Positions 51,374-62,207 of a stretch of DNA of 64,000 nt are shown piece by piece (position 1 is the first letter of the stretch; each line of letters begins with the position of its first letter). The stretch is from the NCBI GenBank assembly GCA_013239625.1, contig MU054122.1:62001-126000 (forward strand). Direction: 5' to 3'. A program made the position numbers and the translations under genes. A model generated the notes under the pieces. The model had not been told where the DNA came from. It searched no databases and saw only the letters and a list, made by a program, of their open reading frames with translations. The stretch is from Lama guanicoe (Eukaryota).

Positions 51374-53525
51374 CTACATTTGACTCCTAGTCAACTGAGG
51401 TTCTTCTTCCAAATTTTAAATCAATTGCTTAAGTTCTTCAAATCCACCCTCTTTGAAACAACAAAAAGCATTTAATATCATCCATCCTATTCAGATTTCT
51501 TTGCTGTTTACATGTATTTAAGCACGGATGGGATGGGGCATGAGGGAGGAGCCAGGATTCCCATCATTCTTTGGGAAAGCATTGTTCACCCAACACACAT
51601 CCATTGGTGGGCAAGAGTAAAGACTTCAGGTGTGGAAATCACATGGACATTTCTATTGTGCTAAGAAAGTGAAATGGAAATGCCGCTGCGTCTGCTGTTG
51701 TTTTTATCTCTGGTGCCTCCAGATAAGCATTTGAAATATGATCATCTTTTGCTGCCACCCCTCCTCCCTGGGTTAAGATAACTGAACCCTTTTCAGTCCA
51801 AGCCTCTTTGTTCGCAATGTGGCCTGCGGCTTAGATGCACCCTGCAATCCCGAGCTCACATGACTGCTTTCAGACCAGAGTCACAAACAGACCCGCCTTT
51901 GTCTGTGGATCCTGGGGAATCCTGCCATATGTCAGCTTCCAGTTCCCATCTTGTAAGACCTTTGATGCTTCAGGACAGGGAGAACTTCTTCAGAGAAGAT
52001 AAGTGATTTTGCAAGGAAAGCTATCCTATTAATTTCACCTAATCTCAGTCTAATTCTCTGTTTTAAAAATTAAAATAAGGGCAAATTATTCTTTACTTTT
52101 TTCTTTTTACTGTTTGGTTACTCAGAGAAAAATCAAGTCTTTCCCTTCATTTGCAGATGAAACTGAGGGCAGAGGGCAGCAGACTGACTCAGCACCATTT
52201 ACTGCAAAGGCCATTCTCCCCCACCTTTGTATGTACCATGCGTGGTAGAATGGGGGTCCTCTTTCTAGATTCTGTTTTCTTCCCTTAATCTGTCTATCTT
52301 TGTGCCAGTAGCACAAGTAACCCTGAGCATCAAAGGATACCGTTAAGAAAATGAACCACAAATTCATTGGAGGTTTTTCTGGTGGACAAAACAACACTGC
52401 CTGGGGGTTAAAAACTCAGAAGCCTTTGGAGGCCCAGCAGGAAGTGGAATCCGTGAGCAGCCACGAGGAAGACAGTAGGGGAGTGGTGGGGACTGGAGTA
52501 CCCAGAGACCACTTGCCCCATCCAAAGGCCTGAAGGCACTTACATTCAAAAATCATTAACAGCTCTTCCTGGGGGGGTGGGGAGAGGGAGGACATTCTGA
52601 GCTAACTTGACCTTGGCCTGCAGCTCTTGCCCTTTGGTAGGAATAAAGAAGCACTCTAGGAGACCAAAAACTCAAGTGCAGCGTCTTGCTAGTCAACTAC
52701 CTCCTGCAATGATAAAGGCTAAAAGGGTAATTTGTTATCAAAACTAGGAGAAAGAGTACATGACCTTGCTGACCAAATTTAAAAACACCAAAGTAGAGGA
52801 TGACATTTGAAACAGAATCAAAAACAGACCAAGAATATTCAGAGTACTGGAATCCTTAACCTGGAATCTCCTTACTTTTATCCAAACTTTGAAACATCGG
52901 GACATTCTATGCTTTTCTCTGTGTGGAATATTATAGCTTCCGTGAAAGTCTTAAAAATGCCAGCTCCCTGCGCAAGGGGTAAGAAGTCTGAAATTATAAG
53001 GACCGGTTTACAAGTACGTAGTCAAGTTATGGAAGGTTCGTTCTAAGAAATTGTTCAAAGTTAACTACCAGCCAATATACTTCTAAGAAGATTTGGACCA
53101 TTCAGAGATACACCCTAGACTTCTGAGTTGAATGTTAGAGAAAATATGTGGCCTTTCAAAACTGAGTCCTTGTTGCCAGCATCGGCCAAGTTGGGTGCCC
53201 ACTCGCTGACCAGCTTTAGCCTACAGACGCCCACGATAACATGGTTAAAAAGGGACATTTAAGAGGATGAGCGTGTGGACTGCTGAACTCAGAGGCAGAG
53301 GACTTCACATGCCCAGTGACCTCAGCACCTGAGTCTCTCAAGACTCAGTTTCCTCATCCTGAGCATCCTGGGAAGCATAAACTGTGATGAGGATTAAATT
53401 ATGGGAAAAGCAAAGTCCTTAGTATTGATCATCCATTCACCTTAAGAAAAGGATACCAACTCCACCACCAATTCTAGTGTGTCTCCAGTGAAAGGGGTTA
53501 GGTACCTTGCAGTAATGGGACTTAC

Positions 53526-53564
53526 CTGCCGTAAGCTCTGAAACTTTCTCTCCAGATCCACAAG
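53526..53564 (-). CDS. CUBN: Cubilin exon 4 (39-nt exon, coiled coil)
   Basis: LVDLERKFQSLRQ; cag| and CAG|GTAAGT; phase 0-0. Confidence 0.94.
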
Positions 53565-54116
53565 CTGGCAGGGCGGAGAAGAAAACATTCGTTAGCTATA
53601 GTTCCCATGCAGCGTTACCCTGTGACACTGGTGACATATTTTCCTGCAACCCTCTGCTGGGGACTCACTTTATCTGTTTGTTCCTTTTCTCATTGACTGT
53701 TCCCTACTCTTTGCCCTCTCATCTCATTTCCTTCCTACTCTCTTCCATTAGCCTGGATTCTTTTCTAAAAGAAGTGCAACCCATTGATAAGTTGATTTGT
53801 TGCTTCTCTGCACATGGTGACTCTGGGAATTTTCCTAAGTGACAGGGATCCACCCACCTCACCAATAGGAAGGCGTCTATCAGAACATGGAGCAAGAGCC
53901 ACTTCTGCAACAAGCTCGTGTTGTGGCGTTTCCAGCCTCTGCCCATCACCACCTCTACGTCCTCTATGAGAGCTGGGTCATTCAACCAAAAAGCCCATAC
54001 TTAACACCACTTTTCTAAAGAGGATGCAGAGTTGGTATATCTGCTGCAGAATGGTTACTTACAATGTTGCCTTAAGGAGAACTCATTTGCTCTACTGATG
54101 AGGTCCCCAGACTTAC

Positions 54117-54212
54117 CTTGGAATCAAGCTGATGGATTTGACTAGAAATATTTTGAGGCAGACCAACTGTACCCCTTTTTAAATCTGTAATATCATCTTT
54201 GTTCTTCTGGAT
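54117..54212 (-). CDS. CUBN: Cubilin exon 3 (coiled-coil region)
   Basis: 96 nt, [32 protein letters not shown]; tag| and |GTAAGT. Confidence 0.96.
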
Positions 54213-54499
54213 CTAATTTTCAAAATAAGAAGAAGAAAAAGAAGGCTGAAAAGGTGAAGGAGGAGGAAGAGAATGCTAGTGAAAAAAACCACATATATAA
54301 GAATAAAATTTTTAAATTTGAGTATATTCTATGTTAAGCTCTAAGGTCTTATCCATTATTATAAAAATCAGAACAAAGCCATGTATAATAAACTTCTGAC
54401 TAAAATAGCCAAGACATAGTTCCATTTACCCTTTCAGTAACAATATATTAAGGAATTTTCCATTTGCATTTTCCCCATAATAACAGTTTAGAATCCTTG

Positions 54500-54740
54500 G
54501 TAAGAGGTCTGGCTTGGAATCAGACTGCTGGGGTTTTCAATTTTGGCTCAGCCATCTGACACATGTCCCTGGGCAAGTTACCGAGCTGCTGCAGAACCCT
54601 TCTATCTGCCTTATACACGGGGTAACAATAAAGCCAACCTCATAGGGCAGCCTTGAGGGTTAGATGAGCTAGATTATGCACGTAAAGTACTCGGCACAGT
54701 GGACAGCCCATAAGAAGCTCTAAAGGTTTGCTCCTAACAT
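54500..54740 (+). mobile_element. MIR SINE
   Basis: tggaatcagactgctggg...ctgggcaagtta...aacctcataggg...gtaaagtactcggcacagtg. Confidence 0.7.
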
Positions 54741-55137
54741 TATGACTGATACGCCACGTGATGTAGTAAATAATGAGCACTAAAAACACTCAATAAGGCA
54801 GGAAAATAATTAGCCAATTCTGTTCTGTGGCAAAAGTAAACTGGTCACATCCACACCTGTCTGTGGTCCCCCTCCATCTTTGCTCTCCTTGTAAAGAGGT
54901 CTCAGTATTACCATCTGTACCTTCTCTGGACTAAGTACGTCAATCTACACCATGAGCCATTAGCCATGCCCTCTACCCACTATTAACCCTAGGGCACTGG
55001 TTTTTACAAGGACTTGTCTCACCTCCAACTATGTTCCCCGAGCTAAAGATTCAAAATACAGATTCACATAGACCCATTCAATCAACTAACCATATAAGAA
55101 TATACAAAACTACCTCAATATATTTCCAATGTATTAC

Positions 55138-55267
55138 CTGATGCAAACATTCGCCAACGTCTTCATCATTTAATTTAATTTTTCCCAGGGATCCAGTTCT
55201 AAATTCAATGTTTTGAGCAGATCCAGTAACAAACACTAAGTTTCCCCTCTCTGAAGCTATCCGAGGC
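55138..55267 (-). CDS. CUBN: Cubilin exon 2 (amnionless-binding N-terminal region)
   Basis: 130 nt, [43 protein letters not shown]; tag| acceptor, CAG|GTAATA donor; phase 2 to 0. Confidence 0.97.
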
Positions 55268-55658
55268 CTATGTAAACCAGAGAATGCCACAGGAATTATC
55301 ATATATAGTTTTTAAGTCTAAAGAACAAAGTTTCTCCCTGATTAAGTGTAGACTGCATACATCTTTGCTTTCTAGTCTACTGAACCAAATCCCCCCCGCT
55401 GACCTGCCATTACTTTCTTCACAAATTTCCTGGAGACATCTCCTAGTAATTGCATACTCGCCTTATTTGCAAAATGATAAATAGTTTGTGTATAAAAAGA
55501 GAATTCCATACATCAGTCCGACTGTTTTTTTTCCGATTTGTTTTTAACATTATTGTTTTCCTTGAGAGAAATTACACCTTTGGTTATCAGGCTCTTTGTG
55601 AAAACTGATGAGAAACTACCCTAGTTCATTAGCAGGAATAATCCTTGTGTCTACTTAC

Positions 55659-55771
55659 TGTTCGAGGTCAGTATTTCTTTTTTGTCTCTGCAGCGCAAGT
55701 CCTCCAGCTTCACTGTAAGATTCAGCAAATGTCAACAGAATAACCAGACTCCAAAGAGGAGGTGAGGACAT
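55659..55771 (-). CDS. CUBN: Cubilin exon 1 (coding part): signal peptide and propeptide with RQKR furin site
   Basis: 113 nt, MSSPPLWSLVILLTFAESYSEAGGLALQRQKRNTDLE(Q). ATG in AACATGT context; donor CA|GTAAGT; RQKR at 55676-55687. Matches the cubilin N-terminus. Confidence 0.95.
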
Positions 55772-56060
55772 GTTCCCCACCAGCCTCCTAGGTTGTCAGG
55801 TAGGAGGGAGGCCACTCCAACCAACTGAGCATGGGAGTTTGGAGAAAGCAAGCCAAGCAGACGTACTTTGCCCTGTGGAACGTCCTGCAACTTTTCAGTT
55901 CTTTCTTCTTTGCCCTAGAAGGCTAAGTTACTTTTTCTTCCTTGGGGATGTAAATGATCTTAGATCTTCAGTACTCTTCAACTTGTGAGGGGTCAAAATC
56001 TATCTCTGAGTGATGCACAACTTAATCATTATCTGTTTGACCTTTGAAACAGTAACAGAC
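55772..56060 (-). promoter_or_regulatory. CUBN: CUBN 5'UTR and proximal promoter
   Basis: Non-repetitive sequence between the ATG and the L1 at ~56110. Not a CpG island. Contains HNF1-like, GATA and HNF4/DR1-like motifs (see findings). The TSS cannot be fixed from sequence. Confidence 0.6.
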
Positions 56061-56109
56061 TGCTTTGGAAACGTCCACTAAAATGATCCTTGCTTAAGAA
56101 GTAGCCACC

Positions 56110-57390
56110 TTTCAACAAATGCTACTGGGAAAATTGGATGTCCATATGCAAAAGAATGAAGTTGGACCCTGACTTTACATTAGATACAAAAAGTAACTCA
56201 AAAGGAATCAAATACCTAAATAATAGGAATTAAAACTGTAACGCTCTTTGGAAAAAAACATAGGGGAAAAGATTCATGACAATGGATTCAGCAATGATTT
56301 CTTGAATATGATACCAACAGCACAGGCAACAAAAGAGAAAAAAAAATAGATATATTGGACTACTTCAAAATGTAAAGCTTTTGTATATTAAAGGACACTG
56401 TCAACGGATTGAAAAGGCAACTCACAGAATGGCAAGAACATTTTGCAAATCATATATATGATAAGAGGCTAATATGCAGAATATATAAAGAATCCCCACA
56501 ATTCAATAGCAAAAAAACAAATAATCCAGTTAAGAAATGGGCAAAGAAAATCAACATTTTTTCAGAGAAGATACACAAATGGCTAAATGGTACATGAAAA
56601 GATGCTCAGCATCACTAATCATTAGAGAAATGCAAATCAAACCCACAATGGGGTACCATTTTGCACTCACAGGATGGCTACTGTCAAACAAACAAAAGCA
56701 GAAAACAACAAATGTTGGTGAGGATGAGAAAAAACTGGAACCCTTGTGCACTGTTGGTGAGAATGTAAAATGGTGCAGTCACTGTCAAAGAGTACGGCAG
56801 TTCCTCAGAAAAGTAAACATAGAATTACCATATGATCCAGCAATTCTACTTTTGGGTATATAACCAGAGTTGAAAACCAGGACTCAGAGATATTTGTACA
56901 CCTATGTTCATAGCAGCATCATTTACAATAGCCAAAATATGGAAGCAAGCCAAGTGTCCGTTGACAGATAATGAATGGTAAAACAAAATGTGTTACATAC
57001 ATGCAATGGAATATTATTCAGCCTTTAAAAAGGAAGGAAACTCTGACACATGCTACAACATGGGTGAACCTTAAAGACATTATGCTAAGTGAAATAAGTC
57101 AGTCACAAAAGGACAAATACTGGATGATTCTACTCATATGAAGAATCTAAAGTATTCAGATTCATAGAGACATAAAGTAGAACAGTGGTGTACAAGGCTG
57201 ATGGTCAGGGGAAGAGAGAATGGTGAATTATTGTTTAATGGGTACAGAGTTTCAGTTTGGAACAAAAAAAAAAGTTCTGGGTCTAGATAGTGGTGATGGC
57301 TGCACAACAATGTGAATGTGTAATGGCACTGAACTTTAAAAATGACTAAAATGGTCGATTTTATGTTACATGTATTTTGCAATTAAAAGA
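56110..57390 (+). mobile_element. 5'-truncated L1MB-type element just upstream of the promoter
   Basis: ORF2 C-terminal peptides [18 protein letters not shown] and [14 protein letters not shown]; 3'UTR ttgtttaatgggtacagagtttcagtttgg. Confidence 0.88.
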
Positions 57391-59436
57391 AAATTGAAAC
57401 CAGACTTAGGAAGATGGGATGGAAATTGGTTGCTATAGAACCTGTCAAATAAAAGGATGCTTTCGCATGTAGACTCATTGATTTCAAAAATGTAGAAAAT
57501 AGTCTGTGAAAAAACATTAAAGTGCCACTTAAAATTTTAGACAGTATCTATGTTAAACTACTCCCTGAAATAAGGCTCTGCAGTTTGATACTATGGAGAA
57601 ATGTAATTCTGTTTTACATCTGTTCTATTCAACCACAACAACAAAAATAGGAGAAACAGCTGGCAAGCTGCTGTTTTCTTGAGGGGAGACTGCCGTCAAG
57701 TGAAGAATTTTTTGTTACTTTGTTGTTTAAGAAATGGGTGTCATACCACAATGTTATTTCAAGTCGAATACATTTTTTTTTAAGTTACATTAGTCCAAGG
57801 TATGTTTAAAAGCTTAACAATTTGGTATGGAGGTGGGGGAAGATCTTGACTCAGGAAACTATTTGTCAAATTTAAGAACAGGATGCAATAGGATGAGTTA
57901 GAATCTTCCAACTCAAAGGACAGTTCAACTCTGAGTTTTGAACATGACTATTTTCATAGTTCTTTGTTCCTAAAAATCACTGCACTCAGCAAATCCTTTA
58001 GTGCAATAAAAGATGTCTCAGGCATGATTTCCATAAAAACGTCCTTTTTCTAAAAACATAATTTTCCTGTTTTACTAATGGGTTTATTATTACACAAAGT
58101 AATTTCTGTGCTCCCAGTCTTGCCATCCAATTCCTAATCATCCCTCGTGTTAGAAAGAAAATGAAGAAATATTCTTTCAAGGTCTCGCTGACTTTGGGTG
58201 ACAAGTTAGGGACCATTCCATCCAGCTCACCTGCTCAGCTCAGGCTGAGATCAATAGACAGATCAGACAGTCTGCAGATGATGACCTGGTGGAAGCGATA
58301 TAAAAATCAATTGCTGTTTCCACAGCATTATCACTCATTCGTTTTACCTGCCTTAGTTGGAATTTCTTCAGCAAAGACAAGTTAAAATCATTTTAGAATC
58401 CATGACCTTCAGACTTAGAAGGTGAATAATCTCCCCTCTCTCCTTCTTGAGTAAACATGTTATAGACTTGAAATCCCATCTTTCATTGACTGGCAAAGCT
58501 CCTGTTTCCTCCTGAATTCAAAATGCATTCCACAGATACTCTTTATATGCCCTTTACATATTAGCCGTTCTACAAAAGGACAGGAATACAAAGTGGAACC
58601 ATTGCAGATCTTGCCCTCCAGCATCAGGTCTAGGGGAGATCATTGGGTTGAGGGTAAGAATGTGGGCTTGGAAGCTCATTCATTTGGGTTGAAAACCCAG
58701 CTCCATCACTTTCTGACCACGTGACCCTGCTTCTTCATCAGCAGGAAGATAATGACATCACTGAAGGTATACAACATGTTTAGCACATTTGGTCTCTGGC
58801 ATACAGTAAGTGTCCACTAAGGATAAACTGTGGTTATCATGCAAATAACTCTCCTCTTCCACCACTTGGACTTGGGTTTCTTAAAGCAAGAAATAATAGA
58901 AGAATCCTCTACTGACTTAAAAATCTTGGGTGCAAGGAAAATCAGGGGTGTCCAATCTCCCCTTTTGTAGAAGAGGATTCCAGAACAGAGACACACACTC
59001 GGGATTTTGAGTGAAGGTGATAGTTCACCTGCTGCAGGGACGGGAGGCAAAAACAAACTGATGTCTGGGAACCAGGCATGGTGGCTCCAGGAAGCAAGGA
59101 AGACCTCCATGTGGATGAGTGGAAAGCAAGATTAAATTTAAATCCCAGAGTCTCCAAGAGAAGACAGCCCAAAGGAAACAAACTCTTCCTCGAGGTGAAG
59201 CTGAGGAAACAGAGAAAGGGAGGTTTGCTCTGGGAGCGGCTCTGTGCTGGGGGAGGGGACTGCATGTGACGATACACCAAAGAAAGCCTTTATACATGTT
59301 TTTTTTGCATCCACTAAAAAAATTATTAATTCTGAACACTGATAATATCAATGATGTTTACATTTCTTAAATTTGTCATGAGGTCTACTGTACACTTGAT
59401 TTCCACTTATCAGCCTTTACTCTCTTTTGTATCTAT

Positions 59437-59926
59437 TGTAATAGAAAAGTACAAATGTGTCTCCACATTTGATCTCTTCCTTTGGCTCAAACCCTGTGCT
59501 CTGTTTTCTAGGTTTAGTCTTGCTGATTCTGCACCTTTTGTAAAAAAGCATTGCCTAGAGCCTGAAATATACAGGAGAGCCTATTCTCAAGGCTGTGACC
59601 TTTAAGGATATTAACACTTTTTCGTTCATATAAAGGTAACAAGCTGCAGAATAGAAAATAATGTTTGTTTTGTTGGAGGTTTACAGGGACACCATGACCT
59701 GACCATGTGGACAGCTGCAAGAACAAAGGATTCTGACACAAAGACACTTTTTAGTATGAAAGGAGCTTGAATTCTGACTTGGGGGAAGAGGGTTCTCCAG
59801 GACATTAGTCTGCCATCTTCTCGGTCTGCCTGCTTTCTGAATGAAGTCGCTATTCATTGCCCCAACACCTCATCTCCCAATTTATTGGCCTGTCACGTGT
59901 TGAGCAGGAGTTTGAACTCAGTAATG
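59437..59926 (+). mobile_element. ERV1-class (MER41-like) solo LTR, copy A
   Basis: Starts TGTAATAG, ends GTAATG; perfect 4-bp TSD CTAT (59433-59436 / 59927-59930); homologous to 61668-62207 in reverse. Confidence 0.85.
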
Positions 59927-60114
59927 CTATAACAAAGTTCATGCAAATATGCTTTGCTTTGTTGCAGTTGTTACACGTGGTGTATGGAATTAGGGTGGCT
60001 TCTGTTTCTCCATCTGCATGTGCAGTGTATTGCTAATCAATAATTCAAGTTGACCTGCTGACTTGTGCTCCCAATCCTGGTGGGAATGGAGAAGATCCAG
60101 AGATGGCTTCGACT

Positions 60115-60245
60115 GCAGTCTTGCTACTCAAAGCATGGTCCATGCACCCAGCACAGGCATGATCTAGGAGATTGTCAGAAATGCAAAAATCTCAGGTTCA
60201 ACCTTGGACCTCCTGAATCTAAATCTGCATTTTACAAAGACCCTC
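60115..60245. mobile_element. MER5A-like fragment
   Basis: gctactcaaagcatggtcc...ttgtcagaaatgcaaaaatctcagg...tctgcattttacaaaga. Confidence 0.65.
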
Positions 60246-60434
60246 CATCCCTGACCCAGTGGGTAAAGACGTCTTCACTCAAGATGAGAGTCACGTGGCC
60301 TCTCTCAGTGCATCTGTATTTCCATTTTTCTGTTTTCCTTAGGTTGAACTTCTAATTTTCCATAACTTCCTTTTCTATTTTCTAACTCTTTACCTTCTTT
60401 TGTTCTACTTTCTGAGAAATTCTTTGTACTTATC

Positions 60435-60476
60435 TTTTAAAAGTTATAGATTTTTAAAAGTTATAGATTTTTAAAA
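60435..60476. repeat. 17-bp tandem repeat (about 2.5 copies)
   Basis: TTTTAAAAGTTATAGAT twice, then TTTTAAAA. Confidence 0.9.
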
Positions 60477-60862
60477 TTTTGGCATTATATTTTTAATTTT
60501 AAAAACTCTTGCTTCATGTTGTAGCATCTATTACTCTAAAAATACGATAGCTGCTTTTTGACGTTTTCTTCTATTTACCACATGGTCTCTGATTTCTCTA
60601 AGTTCTTTTTCTCCTATTTGCTTGTTTAGATCTTTCTATTCCATGTTGAGGGCTTTCCTCGTGTACCTATCAGTCCTTACGTGTAAATTTAAGAATAAGA
60701 CCCTAAAGAGTGGATGGTAAGCTCTGTGTGCATGGATGGTGATCATAAATAGCAGACTTTATCATGGAGTGGTTGAATTGTAAGCTGGCAATTTCATTGG
60801 GGAACACCAAATGTCAATTTTTAAAGGTATTTTTTCCCCCTGGAGACATTTACTTTCTTGAT

Positions 60863-60883
60863 ACACACACACACACACACACA
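60863..60883. repeat. (AC)n microsatellite
   Basis: acacacacacacacacacaca seen directly. Similar short tracts lie at ~22308-22327 (CA) and ~21596-21613 (TA). Confidence 0.9.
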
Positions 60884-61667
60884 ATACTCTAGTTTCCTAC
60901 CTGGATGAGGAAAGTTTGCTGGAAATTATACTGCTAAGTGTGTAGACTTTATTTAGCCCTTTTTCCCCCACATCACCCCCCCAAATTCTTGGAGAGCACC
61001 CCAACTCCATATTAATATAATTCCTATAATTGTTATTTTATATCCCAAGGTTTATTTTTCATTCCTACTAGCTTCATCTGAATTCCATTGTTTTACAATC
61101 TTAGTACGGATTTATTCCAGACATATGACATCCTCAACAATGAAGGAAATTCAAAGAAGTAAAGATCATGACCTTCTCTGGTTTGCAAGAAAGGCAGATG
61201 AGCAAATCTAAGGCACTATAATAAAGCGACATTATAAAGACGGGTATGGCAACATGGGACAAAATATATACTAATATACTTTTAGGAAAATAGCATGTAC
61301 CAAACTGAAAGAGGTCCAAAACCCACTCTAGGCAGACTGTACATATGGTGGTTCTATAAATCCAAGAGGATCATTTTGGAGAAAGGTGGTGGGGTAAAGG
61401 TGGGGCATTGATTAAAGGCCTTAAGTGGTAAGTTGAAGAATTTTGATTTAATCATTTTTATTTAATGGGAAGCTGCTCTTGTATCGAGAGAACTAAGCCT
61501 TATGTGGTATTTCTGATAAGTCAGCTAAACTCATGTGGAGGGGCAGGGGCTGGATCAGTGTAGGAGTCGTGAGAATGTGGAGAAAGGTTGAACTGGAGAG
61601 GTGCTTTGGAGGAAGAATGACAAGAGTCTCATACCCTCTGTCCTAGCCCCATTTCATTTTATAGCTT

Positions 61668-62207
61668 TGTTACCAAGTCCAAACTTGTTCTGCTTGCCAC
61701 ATGACAAGCCAATTAATCGGAAGCCAAGATGTTGGGGTAAGGAATAGTGGCTTTATTCGGAAAGCAGGCAGACCAAGAAGGTGGCCGACTAATGTCCTGG
61801 GGAGCCATTTTATCCCAAGTTAGAATTCAGGCTCCTTTTATACTAAAAAGGGGAGGGGGTGTGATTGATTGTTGCAAATTTCTTGGTGTAGGGATTTTTT
61901 GTTCTTGGAATCCTTTGTTCTTGCAGCCATCCAGGTGGGTCAGGTCATGGTGCCTCTGTAAAACCTGTAACAAAACAAATGTTATTTTCTATCCTGCAAC
62001 TTGTTATCTATATAAATGCAAAAATGTTAATTTCCTTAAAGGTCAGAGCCTTGGGAATAGCCTCTCCTGTATATTTCAGGCTCTAGGCAACATTCTTTTA
62101 CAAAAGGTGCAGAGCTAGCAAGACTGAGCCTAGGAAACAGGGCGCAGGGGTTAAAGTCAAAGGAACAGGTCTAATATGGAGTCAGATTTGTTCTTTCTGT
62201 TATTACA
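61668..62207 (-). mobile_element. ERV1-class (MER41-like) solo LTR, copy B (540 bp), co-oriented with CUBN
   Basis: TG...CA termini; perfect 4-bp TSD GCTT (61664-61667 / 62208-62211); AATAAA on the minus strand at ~61752-61757. Confidence 0.88.

Noticed and set aside
52345..52760. Possible LTR (AATAAA at ~52642)
   Set aside because: I could not define TG...CA ends or a TSD; it needs a Dfam search.
1102..55771. CUBN as a pseudogene
   Set aside because: All 21 exons are open, in phase and have canonical splice sites.
59437..62207. A complete provirus or DNA transposon bounded by the two repeats
   Set aside because: The repeats are inverted, have different TSDs, and enclose MER5A and other old fragments rather than gag/pol or transposase.
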